A stretch of 64,000 nt of DNA from an uncultured Chloroflexia bacterium (GTDB taxonomy: Bacteria; Chloroflexota; Limnocylindria; Limnocylindrales; CSP1-4). Made by a program: the position numbers and the translations under genes. The stretch covers positions 512,062-576,061 of the forward strand of contig CAWBFV010000008.1 in the NCBI GenBank assembly GCA_963788235.1, written 5' to 3'. The notes beneath the pieces were generated by a model. It made no database searches and was not told the DNA's origin. It worked only from the letters and a program-made list of their open reading frames with translations. Below, piece after piece: positions 38,609 through 48,973 of this stretch (the stretch's first letter is position 1; each line of letters begins with the position of its first letter).

Positions 38609-41077
38609 GTGGGTCGCAACGTGCTCAAATCCTTCCAGGTCGGATCCGGCCGCCGCTCCATCAGATCGTGGGCATTCCGCAACCCGGGCCTGCGGATCGC
38701 CCTGATCATGATCACGGTCGCGCTCGTCCTCGGCGCCTCGGCGCTGACGGCGGACCGGGTGACGACGCAGCTCCGACAGACCGCGACCGACGAGGCGGCG
38801 CAGGGTGCCGCGGCGATCGTCGGCTCGTTCGTCGCGCCGCTCCTGTCCGAGGACGCGATGGAGGACCGGAACGGCCCGACGGGGACGGCGCTCAACGACG
38901 AGCTGGCCCGGCTGGTCGATACCGGCTACTTCCTGCGCATCAAGGTGTGGGACAAGACCGGGACGATCGTGTTCTCCGACCTGCCGGCGCTACGGGGCCG
39001 CCAGTTCGAGGTCGAGGACGACCTCGAGCACGCGTTCGACGGCGAGGTCGAGAGCGACATCACCGACGGGACGCGCCGCCGAGAACGAGTTCGAGCATGG
39101 GCTTGCACCGCAGGATCCTGGAGATCTACAGCCCCGTCCGCCTCGAATCGACCGGCGAGGTCGTCGCCGCCTACGAGATCTACCGCGACGCGTCCGGCAT
39201 CGAGGCACGGCTCGCCGAGACGCGGCGCGACGTGTTCCTCATCGCCGGCGCGATCGCGACGGTCCTGACGATCCTGCTGCTGCTCGCGTTCGACGGCACG
39301 TCCCGGCGGATGCGCCGCCAGAACCATCGACTCCAGGAGCTCGCGCGCACGCTGCGCGATCGCGAGGCCCGCTTCCGCTCGCTGGTCCAGAACGGGTCCG
39401 ACCTGTTCCTCGTGGTGCGGCGCGGACGGCACGATCGCGTACGAAAGTCCCGCCGTGGAACGGATCCTGGGGTTCGACCCCATCGAGCGCATCGACCAGC
39501 CGCTCAACGGCATCCTGCACCCCGAGGACGTCGCCAACGTCACGATGCTGCTCGATACGATCGCCGAGCAGCCGGGCGCCGACGTCGGCGGTGAGGCACG
39601 CTTCGCGCACCGCGACGGCAGCTGGCGGACCTTCGAATGGACCGCGCGCAACCTCGTCGCGGAGCCGTCGGTGGCGGGCTTCGTGGTGAATGCCCACGAC
39701 GTGACCGAGCGCACCGCGCTCGAGGAACAGCTCCGCCACCAGGCCTTCCACGATCCGCTCACGGGTCTCGCCAATCGGGCCCTGTTCTCGGATCGCGTCG
39801 GCCATGCGCTCAGCCGGCGGCGACGCGAGCGCAACATGCCGGCGGTCCTGTTCCTGGATCTCGATGACTTCAAGACCGTGAACGACACGCTGGGGCACGG
39901 CCAGGGCGACCGCCTGCTGGTCGAGGTCGCCCGGCGCATCTCCGACGCGATCCGCCCCGAGGACACGGCGTGTCGCCTGAGTGGCGACGAGTTCGCGGTG
40001 TTGCTCGACGAGATCGGCGACATCGAGCACGCCAGCGAGGTCGCGGCCCGGGTGCTGCAACGGATCAGCGACCCGATCCACATCGATCGCGAGCTGTCGG
40101 TCACCGCGAGCCTCGGTCTGGCGATGGTCGACGCCGAGGTCCGCGAGGTCGAGGACGTGCTGTCGCGTGCCGACGTCGCGATGTATGCCGCGAAGTCGGC
40201 CGGCAAGGCCCGGCTGCGAGCCTACGAGCCGGCCATGCGCGACCGCGCGTGGACTCGCCTCGAGCTCGAGACCGAGCTCCGGCGCGCCATCGATCGACGC
40301 GAGTTCACGGTCGTCTATCAGCCGATCGTCGACCTCGCCACCGGCCGGACGCTCGAGCTCGAAGCGCTCGTCCGATGGGACCATCCGAAGCGCGGCCGGC
40401 TGGCGCCCGACGCGTTCCTCGACGCTGCCGAGGAGACCGGCCTGATCATCCCGCTTGGACGCATCGTGCTCGAGACGGCCTGCGGCGACATCCGCGGCTG
40501 GCAGGCCGCTCGGCCCGCCGAGCCGCTCGGCCTCAGCGTCAACCTGTCGTCGAGCCAGTTCCTCGATCCCGCGCTGCCCGAGACGCTCAAGTCGGTGCTC
40601 GCGTCGACCGGCCTCGACGGCGAGACCCTCAAGCTCGAGATCACCGAGTCCGCGATGGTCGACGCCGACGCCTCCGAGCTCGTCATGCGCCGAATCCGGG
40701 GCATGGGCATCCGGCTCGCGGTCGATGACTTCGGGACGGGCTATTCGGGGCTCAGCTACTTCCAGCGGTTCCCGCTCGACACGCTCAAGATCGATCGCTC
40801 GTTCGTCGCGCGGCTCGGGCGCGACGCGCGATCGGACGCGATCGTCAACGCCACGATCGCCTTCGGCAAGGCGCTCGGACTGACCGTCACGGCCGAGGGG
40901 ATCGAGACCGCCGAGCAGCTCGAGGGCCTGCGCGCATCGGGCGCGGACCGCGGCCAGGGCTACCTCTTCGCGAAGCCCCTCGATGCAGCCGACGTCGAGA
41001 CCTACCTCAGCGCGACCGGCGCGGGCGACTCAGCCCGGGCTGGGCGACACCGGAGTGAGCTCGTCCAGCCGGCGTAG
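38609..41077 (+). pseudogene. Membrane sensor PAS-GGDEF-EAL protein (diguanylate cyclase/phosphodiesterase), three frame breaks (~39070, ~39105, ~39418)
   Basis: N-terminal TM plus periplasmic-type sensor in frame 1. AAENEFEHGL is in frame 2. HRRILEIYSPV...TM...RFRSLVQNGSDLFLVV is in frame 3. GADGTIAYESPAVERILGF...GGDEF (SGDEF)...EAL (ELEALVRW, DDFGTGYS, KIDRSF) is back in frame 1. Confidence 0.85.
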
Positions 41078-44000
41078 CGCCGCCTCGACCTTCGCGATCT
41101 CCTCGCCGTATCGGGCAAAATCCCCGTCGCGCAGGGCCTGTCGCGCGAGCTGGTCGTGGGCGAGGGCGTAGTCGACGAGGCCCGCCACGTCCGTCGGGAG
41201 CTCGTCACTGGGCGCGGCCGACGGCGGCGGGGTCGGACCACCGGACGGCGTCGGAGCGGGCGTCGGGCTGGGCGGGGGTGACGAACCTGGACCGGGTGTG
41301 CCCTGTGCCTCGAGCAGGAGCCGGAGCGACTCCCCGAGCGTCGGCGCCCAGACCACGTCGGTCGGCGAGGCCACGACGATCCGCTGGAACTCGGGGAACG
41401 AGCTCCCGGTCGATTGCAGGTAGACCGGCTGCAAGTAGATCAACGAATCGCCCACCGGCACCACGATCAGGTTGCCGCGGATGACCTGGCTCCCGGACTG
41501 GTTCCAGAGCGTCACCTGCGCGCTGATCTCGGGGTCCTGGTCGATCCGGGCCTCGATCTGAGCGGGCCCGAACACCGTCGTATCGGCCGGGAAGTTGTAC
41601 ACGCGCACGGCGCCATAGTTCGGGGCGTCGCTGCGTGCCGCGACCCAGGCGATCATGTTCGGCCGTTCGCGCAGCACCATCGGCTGCAGGAGGAGGAACT
41701 CGGCGTCGGGCTCGCCGGGCAGTCGCATGATCACGTAGTAGGCCTCGGTCGGCAGCGTCTGCTCGCTCGTCTGGGCGGTCGGTACGGTCCACAGGTCGTC
41801 GTTCTGGAAGAACGTTCGCGGATCCCGGACGTGGTAGCGCCCGTACATCCGGGTCTGGACGTTGAACCCTTCCTCGGGCACGCGGAGGTGTGCCGCGAGA
41901 TCCGCCGGCAGATCCGATAACGGCCGGAACAACGATGGGAAGACGCCTTGCCAGGCACGGATCAACGGATCCGCCCCGTCCGCGACGTACAGGGTCGTCG
42001 TCCCGTCATAGGCGTTGACGACGACCTTGACGCTGTTGCGGATGTAGTTGAACGGTTCTCCAGCGAGCCCGCTGGCCTGCCCCAGGTCGGCGGGTTCGAA
42101 GCTGTTGGCGTGCGGGAAGAGGTCCGTCGTGGTGTAGGCGTCCCAGATGTAGGACAGCCGGCCGGCGTCGTCGACCACGACGTACGGATCCTTGTCGTAA
42201 CGCAGGAACGGTGCGATCCGCGGGACCCGGTCGCGGAGCGAGCGATGGAACAACAGCTGGCTATCGGCGGTGATCTGGTCCGAGATGAACAGGTCGAGCG
42301 AGCCGAAGCGCCAGGCGAACAGCAACCTCGCGAAGGTCGACCCGATCGGGATGCCCGTCTTGGCTGTCCAGCGCGTTTCGAACCCACCGACATCGACGCC
42401 GTTCGGGTCGGCCTCGCCGCGCGGGTAGTCGAACTCGGCCTGCTTGGCCCCGACCACCACGTAGTCGTTCGGCCGTTCCCCGAAGTAGATGCGCGGTTCG
42501 GTGATCTCGGGGGCGCCATCCGACGAGATCGGCGGCAGGTTGCGGATGAACAGCCGCGGTTGCCCTTCGCTGGCCACCTCGTTCACGGGCACCATCGCGA
42601 CGCCCACACCGTGGGTGAAGATGATCCGTTGGTTGACGAACCCGGTCGCATCCGGGTTGCCCGCGAGGTCGAGCTCGCGCGCGGACACCATGACCTGGCG
42701 TGCCACGTCGTCGATCAGGTACCGATCGGTGTCGACGTCGACGAAGTCGTAGTAGCGCCGGATCGTCTGGAGTTGATCGAGCGTGTTGCCAAGCGGACGG
42801 TAGTCCCACAGCCGCGCGTTGCGGAACGTCGCCTCTTCGTCCTCGATCGCGGTCGCGGAGAGTGGCTGGTCACCGCGATACCGGCGGCTGTCGTCCCACG
42901 CCGGGGACCCATCGGCGTTGGCGAAGCCGAACGCCAGCCTCGTCATCGCGATGTTGTTCCGGATGTATGGCGTCTCCTGGGCGAGCCTGTTCGGGTCGAC
43001 GACGAGCCGCTGGATCGCTTCCGGGTACAGGCGACCGACGAGAAGCGAGGCCAGGACCCAGACCACCACCGTCGCCCCGAGCGGCCACACCCAGCGGGTG
43101 AATGCGGCACCGACCACGAAGGCCGCGGCAAGACCCGACAGGATCGTCAGCAGGTCGTACGCGAAGAACTGGGCGTTGGCATCCGCGTAGGCGACGCCCG
43201 CACCGACGCCCCGAGTCCCGTAGGCGAGCTCGAGCTTGTCGAGCTGGTAGCCGTAGGCGATCGCCAACAGTGCGAGCCCGCCGAGCACCGCCAGATGGAC
43301 GCGTGCAGGCGTCGAGAACGTCATGCCGCGGACGAGTGCGGTTAGCACGTACCGCCCAGCGGCGATCGCGAGGCCGGCGATGAGCAGCCCGACGGCGACC
43401 GACTGGATCAGCCGCAGGAATGGCAGCTCGAACAGGAAGAAGCCGATGTCGCGGCCGAAGATCGGGTCTGTGACCGCGTGCCCGTCGGGCGCGAACGGGA
43501 CACGGTTGAGCCACAGGAGCACCGTCTCCCATGCGCCGGAGACGCCACCGGCCGCCCCGAGCACGACGAGCACTGCCAGCGCGCCGAGGACCATGCGACC
43601 GAGCGGGATCAGCGCAGCCATGTCCGGGGTGTCCACGGTCCCGGCAGGACCGTTCGAGCCGACGGTGCGCGGCCGGTCATAGCCGCCGGCGGCGCGTTCG
43701 GCCGCGCGCGCCGCTTCGTTGAGTCGCTCGATCCAGCTCTGCATCGCGCCGCCGGCGCTGTCCGGCGGTTCTCCGGACAGCCGACCGGCAAGGAGGAGGT
43801 TGCCGACCAAGGCGACGAGCGCGACCAGCCCGCCGAGGACGAACAGGCCGAGCTGCGCGCCCAGCCGGGTCAGCAGGACATCGCGATAGCCCACGCTGTC
43901 GTACCACATCACGTCGGTGATCAGCTCGGCGAGCGAACGTCCACCCACGAGCACGACGACGATCGCGACGACGATCGCCGGCAACAGCCAGTAGCGGCGG

Positions 44001-44185
44001 CCTCCGCCCCGAGCGCTGCCGCGCCCGCGATCCCGCCGACCGCCTCGCCCGGCACCCCGGATCGGCCGAGGTCCGTCGGGATCGTCATCGGGACCGATGT
44101 ATCGCGGTTCTCGGGGCCCGTCGTCGTCGCCCCCCGTCTGCCGGCGAGGGAGGTCTCGCATGAACCCGTCGACCATGTCACCCAT
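41030..44185 (-). CDS. UPF0182 family large membrane protein
   Basis: About 1050 aa with an N-terminal cluster of TM helices, DVMWYDSVGY and a large extracytoplasmic region, the typical architecture of actinobacterial UPF0182. Confidence 0.8.
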   Translation of the reverse strand: MGDMVDGFMRDLPRRQTGGDDDGPREPRYIGPDDDPDGPRPIRGAGRGGRRDRGRGSARGGGRRYWLLPAIVVAIVVVLVGGRSLAELITDVMWYDSVGYRDVLLTRLGAQLGLFVLGGLVALVALVGNLLLAGRLSGEPPDSAGGAMQSWIERLNEAARAAERAAGGYDRPRTVGSNGPAGTVDTPDMAALIPLGRMVLGALAVLVVLGAAGGVSGAWETVLLWLNRVPFAPDGHAVTDPIFGRDIGFFLFELPFLRLIQSVAVGLLIAGLAIAAGRYVLTALVRGMTFSTPARVHLAVLGGLALLAIAYGYQLDKLELAYGTRGVGAGVAYADANAQFFAYDLLTILSGLAAAFVVGAAFTRWVWPLGATVVVWVLASLLVGRLYPEAIQRLVVDPNRLAQETPYIRNNIAMTRLAFGFANADGSPAWDDSRRYRGDQPLSATAIEDEEATFRNARLWDYRPLGNTLDQLQTIRRYYDFVDVDTDRYLIDDVARQVMVSARELDLAGNPDATGFVNQRIIFTHGVGVAMVPVNEVASEGQPRLFIRNLPPISSDGAPEITEPRIYFGERPNDYVVVGAKQAEFDYPRGEADPNGVDVGGFETRWTAKTGIPIGSTFARLLFAWRFGSLDLFISDQITADSQLLFHRSLRDRVPRIAPFLRYDKDPYVVVDDAGRLSYIWDAYTTTDLFPHANSFEPADLGQASGLAGEPFNYIRNSVKVVVNAYDGTTTLYVADGADPLIRAWQGVFPSLFRPLSDLPADLAAHLRVPEEGFNVQTRMYGRYHVRDPRTFFQNDDLWTVPTAQTSEQTLPTEAYYVIMRLPGEPDAEFLLLQPMVLRERPNMIAWVAARSDAPNYGAVRVYNFPADTTVFGPAQIEARIDQDPEISAQVTLWNQSGSQVIRGNLIVVPVGDSLIYLQPVYLQSTGSSFPEFQRIVVASPTDVVWAPTLGESLRLLLEAQGTPGPGSSPPPSPTPAPTPSGGPTPPPSAAPSDELPTDVAGLVDYALAHDQLARQALRDGDFARYGEEIAKVEAALRRLDELTPVSPSPG

Positions 44186-44242
44186 CGCACTGCAGTGTGC
44201 GGCATCCAGGACAAGGAGGGTCGCTGCGCCTCCGCCTTGCCG

Positions 44243-44671
44243 TTAGCGCGCCGCGGTGCGGGCGTCCTCCCCCGGGATCCCGAGGGCTTCGAGCGCCGCG
44301 GCGAACCCGGTCAGGTCCTCGACCGCAACGTAGAGGGCCGGCACCGAGAAGCTCATCGACCGGACGGGCGTCCGGAAGTCGAGCCGCACGCCACCGTGGT
44401 GCGTGCCCGCGAACGACAAGTCGGCGTGGCGGATGCTTCGGCGGATGCCGATGGCCGTGATCCAGCGCCACGGACCCTCGATCCGCCACGAGACGATGTT
44501 GCTCAGCGGTGTCCGGAGGTGGCCGAACCCGAACCGCGCGTCGAGGTCGTCGCCGAGGTCGACGTACGCGTTGCCGTCCTTGACGCCGAACAGGCGTAAC
44601 AGCACGCGCGACCGTCGGCCGATCGCGATCGGGAAGCGTCGAATCCCCGCTGTCGTGCTCATGTTGCGCAT
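44243..44671 (-). CDS. Hypothetical protein (~140 aa)
   Basis: ORF with ATG at 44671 or 44662, divergent from the HdeD-like gene. No recognisable motif. The upstream part of the track ORF is antisense to the neighbouring gene. Confidence 0.4.
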   Translation of the reverse strand: MRNMSTTAGIRRFPIAIGRRSRVLLRLFGVKDGNAYVDLGDDLDARFGFGHLRTPLSNIVSWRIEGPWRWITAIGIRRSIRHADLSFAGTHHGGVRLDFRTPVRSMSFSVPALYVAVEDLTGFAAALEALGIPGEDARTAAR

Positions 44672-44710
44672 CGGCAACGGCGGCGTACGATGCCCGAAGG
44701 AGGTGGAGTC

Positions 44711-45280
44711 ATGGCGATGACGATGGCCCTCGGCACGGTGGAACTCGCTCGGTACTGGTGGGCGTTCATCCTGCGCGGGGTCCTGGCGATCATCTTCGGG
44801 ATCATCGCGTTCGTCTCCCCGCCCACGACCATCGCGGTGCTGGTCCTGCTGTTCGGGGCGTGGGCCTTGGTCGACGGGGTATTCCATATCGCTGCGGCGA
44901 TCCGCGATCGATCGATGACCCGGTCCTTCTGGCTCACGATCCTCGAAGGCGTCGTCAGCATCATCGCGGGCGTGCTCGCCCTCGCGTTCCCGGATGTTGC
45001 CGCGGCCTCACTGTTGCTCATCATCGCGGCCTGGTCGATCGTGACCGGGGTCGTCGAGATCGTCCTCGCGATCCGTCTGCGCGAGCAGATCACCGGGGAG
45101 CTGTGGCTGGCGATCGGCGGTCTCCTCTCGATCGCGTTCGGCGTGTTGCTGATCCTCTACCCGACGAGCGGCGCGATCACGATCGTCTGGATCATCGGTG
45201 CGTTCGCGATCGCCTTCGGCATCTCGCTGATCGTCCTGGGCTGGCGGCTCCGTGGGATCCACCAGCAGACGACGGGCTGA
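44711..45280 (+). CDS. HdeD-family (DUF308) membrane protein
   Basis: GGAGG lies 5 nt before ATG 44711. Six TM helices with the repeated DUF308 pattern (WWAFILRGVLAIIFGIIAF...). Confidence 0.7.
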   Translation: MAMTMALGTVELARYWWAFILRGVLAIIFGIIAFVSPPTTIAVLVLLFGAWALVDGVFHIAAAIRDRSMTRSFWLTILEGVVSIIAGVLALAFPDVAAASLLLIIAAWSIVTGVVEIVLAIRLREQITGELWLAIGGLLSIAFGVLLILYPTSGAITIVWIIGAFAIAFGISLIVLGWRLRGIHQQTTG

Positions 45281-45313
45281 TCGCGGGGCGACGCCCGCCG
45301 TCGTGCTCGACGC

Positions 45314-45727
45314 TCAGTCCTCGGGCTCGAGGCGGAGCGAGGCGGAGTTGATGCAGTAGCGCAGACCCGTCGGGTTCGGGCCGTCGTCGAAGACGTGTCC
45401 GAGATGCCCGCCGCACGAGGCGCAGTTCGCCTCGGTCCGGGTCATGAAGAACGAGCGGTCCGTCTCCTCGGCGATCGCGTTTCGATCGACCGGCTGGAAG
45501 AAGCTCGGCCAGCCGGTGCCCGACTCGAACTTCGCCGCGGACTGGAATAGCTCGGCGCCGCAGCCGGCGCATCGATAGGTGCCGGGACGGTGCTCGTCCC
45601 AGAGGTCGCCGCTGAAAGCACGCTCGGTGCCCTTCTGGCGGAGGACGCGGTACTGCTCAGGGGTCAGCTCGGCGCGCCATTCGGCATCGGTCTTGGTGGT
45701 GGTTCGGGGTGTGGTCGTGTCTGCCAT
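45314..45727 (-). CDS. msrB: Peptide-methionine (R)-S-oxide reductase
   Basis: CAGCGAELF...GWPSF...[16 protein letters not shown]...RYCINS. A Cys form, not a Sec form. Confidence 0.9.
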   Translation of the reverse strand: MADTTTPRTTTKTDAEWRAELTPEQYRVLRQKGTERAFSGDLWDEHRPGTYRCAGCGAELFQSAAKFESGTGWPSFFQPVDRNAIAEETDRSFFMTRTEANCASCGGHLGHVFDDGPNPTGLRYCINSASLRLEPED

Positions 45728-45804
45728 GTCGAGAGCATAGGCGCGAACGATGGCGGAACGATGACAACGCGGCCGTTCGCGGCGAGGCCGCGTAGAGTGC
45801 CGCG

Positions 45805-46466
45805 ATGGCTGCCTCGCCTCGCGCGTTCGTGCTGCGTCACACCCGGCTGCGTCCGGTCCCCTACCTCGAGGAGCTCCGACTCCACCTGGCCGACGACGTG
45901 TATGCGCTCTGGCACGACGTCCAGCTCGAGACCGACGACCCCGATGCCGCGCTGCCGTACTGGGCCTTCGCGTGGGGCGGCGGACTCGCGATCGGGCGCT
46001 ACGTGCGCGAGCATCCCGAGCTGGTCGCGGGTCGGCGGGTCTTCGATCTCGCATCGGGCTCAGGGCTCTGCGCGATCGCCGCGATGCGTGCCGGCGCAGC
46101 GGCCGCGGCCGGCAGCGACATCGATCCCTTCGCCCTCGCCGCGATGCGCCTCAACGCGCGCGCGAACGACTGCCGGATCGACGTCGTTGGCCGCGACGTG
46201 CTCGACGAGCCGCCACCGGATACGCGGACGTCATCCTCGCCGGCGACTGCTGGTACGAATCGGGGCTGGCGCAGCGGGTCCTGCCCTGGCTTCAGCGGGC
46301 CCGCGATGCCGGGATCGAGGTGCTCGTCGGCGATCCGCGGCGGGCGTATCTGCCGGTCGACGACCTGGTCGAGCTCGCCGCGTACGACGTCCGGACGACG
46401 ACCGACCTCGAGGACATGCAGCGAACGACGGGCCACGTGTACCGACTGCGAGCGACCGGAGCATAG
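45805..46466 (+). pseudogene. Class I SAM-dependent methyltransferase, METTL20/ETF-beta lysine methyltransferase-like, reading frame broken near 46218
   Basis: [18 protein letters not shown]...[15 protein letters not shown]...GSDIDPFA in the first frame. ADVILAGDCWYE...VLVGDPRRAYLP is in the previous frame. This is the only apparent 1-nt deletion in the window. Confidence 0.6.
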
Positions 46467-46494
46467 CCCGGCCACTCGACCTGCACGACGCGGG

Positions 46495-46538
46495 TTGACA
46501 TCCTGTCGACCGGGTCCAATATATCGCGCAACGATATA
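46495..46538 (+). promoter_or_regulatory. Candidate sigma-70-type promoter (TTGACA + AT-rich block) overlapped by 7-bp inverted repeat TATATCG-N5-CGATATA
   Basis: TTGACA at 46495-46500. The AT-rich TATAT block begins 17-19 nt downstream. Palindrome arms at 46520-46526 and 46532-46538. GGAGGGAGGAG RBS precedes GTG 46591. Confidence 0.4.
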
Positions 46539-46590
46539 GCGTCATGCTGCGGTCGGGGGCAGGCTGCGGAGCTTCGGAGGGAGGAGCCCG

Positions 46591-47319
46591 GTGAGTTTCC
46601 TCGAGCGGGTCGACCAGACGATCCGGCGCAGCCCGGTCTGGCGCTCGCTCTTCCGCCAGCCCTACCCGCGCGACGAGCGCTCGCGCGCGTACGCGGTCAT
46701 GAACAACGTGTTCCTGCACATCCACCCGGTCCGTGTCCGCCAGCACGCGGTCAAGTTCGCGTACACCTTCTGTCTCGGTGGTCTGAGCTTCTTCTTGTTC
46801 CTGGTGCTGACCGTGACCGGCGTGTACCTGATGTTCTTCTACGTGCCCTCGGCCACGCTCGCCTACACCAACATCCTCGACATCCAGTCCGAGGTCACGT
46901 TCGGCCTGTTGACCCGCAACGTCCACCGCTGGGCGGCGCACCTGATGGTGTTCTTCGTGTTCCTGCACATGATGCGCGTCTTCTACCACGGGGCCTACAA
47001 GCCGCCGCGCGAGTTCAACTGGGTCGTCGGCGTGGTGCTCCTGTTCCTGACCATCATGTTGAGCTTCACCGGCTACCTGCTGCCGTGGGACCAGATCGCC
47101 TTCTGGGCGATCACGATCGGCACGAACTTCGGGTCGTATTTCCCGGTCATCAACACGCCGGTCAACCGGATCCTGCTCGGCGGCGTGGAGGTCGGCCAGA
47201 ACACGCTCCTGCGCTTCTACGTCGGGCACGTCGTGTTCCTGCCGCTCATCGCGGCGATATTCCTCACCGTCCACTTCTGGCGGATCCGCAAGGACGGCGG
47301 GATCAGCGGGCCGCTGTAG
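46591..47319 (+). CDS. Cytochrome b N-terminal (cytochrome b6-like) protein, stand-alone
   Basis: Four TM helices with two His pairs (RNVHRWAAHLMVFFVFLHMMRVF and FYVGHVVFLPLIAAIFLTVHFW) and the PWDQIAFWA motif. Confidence 0.8.
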   Translation: MSFLERVDQTIRRSPVWRSLFRQPYPRDERSRAYAVMNNVFLHIHPVRVRQHAVKFAYTFCLGGLSFFLFLVLTVTGVYLMFFYVPSATLAYTNILDIQSEVTFGLLTRNVHRWAAHLMVFFVFLHMMRVFYHGAYKPPREFNWVVGVVLLFLTIMLSFTGYLLPWDQIAFWAITIGTNFGSYFPVINTPVNRILLGGVEVGQNTLLRFYVGHVVFLPLIAAIFLTVHFWRIRKDGGISGPL

Positions 47320-47329
47320 CCTCGGCATC

Positions 47330-47782
47330 ATGCGGCGCGGACTGGAACCCTCGGATCTCGGCGACCTGTTCGACGGACCGCGTGCGGCGGTGATCTCGAT
47401 GAATCTGCCCGACGGTCGGGTCTTCAGCCGGCCCGTTTGGCATCGGTTCGTCGATGGCCGGTTCGTCGTCCAGTTCCCTGCCGGCGATCGCAAGATCGCG
47501 ATCCTCGAAGCGGATCCGCGGGCGACGGTCCTGCTCGCCGAGGACGCCCATCCGTATCGGGCGATCGAGGTCCGCGGCCGCGTCCGCATGACCCGTGATG
47601 ACTACCACGACATCGGGCGCGAGATCTGCCAGCGATATGTCGAGGCATTCGACCCGACGTCCGACGTGTCGACGTACCTGAGCGTCGACCCTGGGGTCAT
47701 CGCTCGGCTCGAACCGGACGTCGTCACATGCTGGGACTACGCGGACGACGCGATGATGCCGCCGGCATCGGCACGAACCTGA
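47330..47782 (+). CDS. PPOX-class (pyridoxamine 5'-phosphate oxidase-like) probable F420-dependent enzyme
   Basis: Size and pattern (AVISMNLPDGRVFSRPVWH...YRAIEVRGRV) are typical of the split-barrel family. Confidence 0.7.
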   Translation: MRRGLEPSDLGDLFDGPRAAVISMNLPDGRVFSRPVWHRFVDGRFVVQFPAGDRKIAILEADPRATVLLAEDAHPYRAIEVRGRVRMTRDDYHDIGREICQRYVEAFDPTSDVSTYLSVDPGVIARLEPDVVTCWDYADDAMMPPASART

Positions 47783-47826
47783 CACCGGCTCGTAGAAGGC
47801 GGCCTACCCCCTTGGCCGTCCTTGGT

Positions 47827-48336
47827 TCATGACTGTCCCACGCTCGCGCCCATGGTGAGGAGAAGCTCATCCAGTTGCGCGAACGTCTCGACGGTCGCAT
47901 CCGCCGCCCCGGTGCCCGCAGCGTCGAGCGCTTCCTTCGAGGGATAGAGCTCGTGCATGACCAGCAACGTCGTGCCGCCTCGTTCCTCGAAGGTCACGGT
48001 CGTGACGGAGACCTCGTCGCTCTCCTCATTGGTCCAGACGAGGCGCGAGTGCGGTGTTACTTCCTTGTACGTGCCGAAGAACGCCATCGCATCGGGTTCG
48101 AACTCGAGACGGTACGTGCCCCCGACACGAACATCCATTTCGCAGGAACGCAGCGACATGCCCATCGACTTTGGCACCCACCACTGCCTGAACAGCTCGG
48201 GCTTCGTCCACGCCTCGAACACAAGCCGCGCGGGGCCGTTGAACGTTCGCGTGACGACGAGCTCACGATCGGACTTCCGCTCCACCGTCGTGCGGTTCTT
48301 CACGGGGGCAAGCTCACTCTCGCTTCTTGCGGTCAT
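47827..48336 (-). CDS. SRPBCC / AHSA1 (activator of Hsp90 ATPase homolog-like) domain protein
   Basis: ELVVTRTFNGPARLVFEAWTKPELFRQWW...GGTYRLEF pattern. Noticeably lower GC than its surroundings. Confidence 0.75.
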   Translation of the reverse strand: MTARSESELAPVKNRTTVERKSDRELVVTRTFNGPARLVFEAWTKPELFRQWWVPKSMGMSLRSCEMDVRVGGTYRLEFEPDAMAFFGTYKEVTPHSRLVWTNEESDEVSVTTVTFEERGGTTLLVMHELYPSKEALDAAGTGAADATVETFAQLDELLLTMGASVGQS

Positions 48337-48679
48337 CGACCTTCTCCTTCCGTTTCAGTTCTTCAACAACCTTGTCCAGCTCGTCGAAGCGTGCGTCCCA
48401 GTGCTGGCGGTGCCGCTCGATCCATGCCGCCTCTTCCTCCAGTCGGCGCGGACCGAGGCGGCACGTCCGCACGCGCCCGACCTTCTCCGTGGTGACCAGC
48501 TCGGCCTGCTCCAGGACGCCGACGTGCTTCCTCATGCCGGTGAGGGTCATGTGGAACGTCTGGGCCAGATCCGTGATCGACGCGTCGGCACGTCCGAGCT
48601 GCTCTAGGACGCCGCGTCGGGTCGCGTCCGAGAGCGCGGCGAAGGAGGTGTCAAACACGTCGCTCGTATACTGAACCAT
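48314..48679 (-). CDS. ArsR/SmtB-family transcriptional regulator
   Basis: [16 protein letters not shown]...[30 protein letters not shown] wHTH. The start is uncertain: ATG 48679, or the track start 48715. Confidence 0.8.
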   Translation of the reverse strand: MVQYTSDVFDTSFAALSDATRRGVLEQLGRADASITDLAQTFHMTLTGMRKHVGVLEQAELVTTEKVGRVRTCRLGPRRLEEEAAWIERHRQHWDARFDELDKVVEELKRKEKVDDRKKRE

Positions 48680-48780
48680 CTGGTTCAGTATCACACGACG
48701 AACCGGCGAATGCAAGGGCTGGGTACCTGATGACCGTCCCGGACGTGGCCGAGCGTCGTCTACGTGAACCTGGGACAGTC

Positions 48781-48857
<77 letters not shown>

Positions 48858-48973
48858 ACCGAGGGTGCTCGTTTGACAGAGCCTGCGGAGGATAGCAGAG
48901 GACCCGACCGAGCGGCCAGCGCCGCCCGATCGGGCCCGAGCCCCCTTCGCGAAACGGGACTAGGTCAGGTGCG

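Noticed and set aside
45314-45727. MsrB as a second selenoprotein
   Set aside because: The catalytic residue in RYCINS is a TGC/TGT-type Cys codon, and the ORF is uninterrupted.
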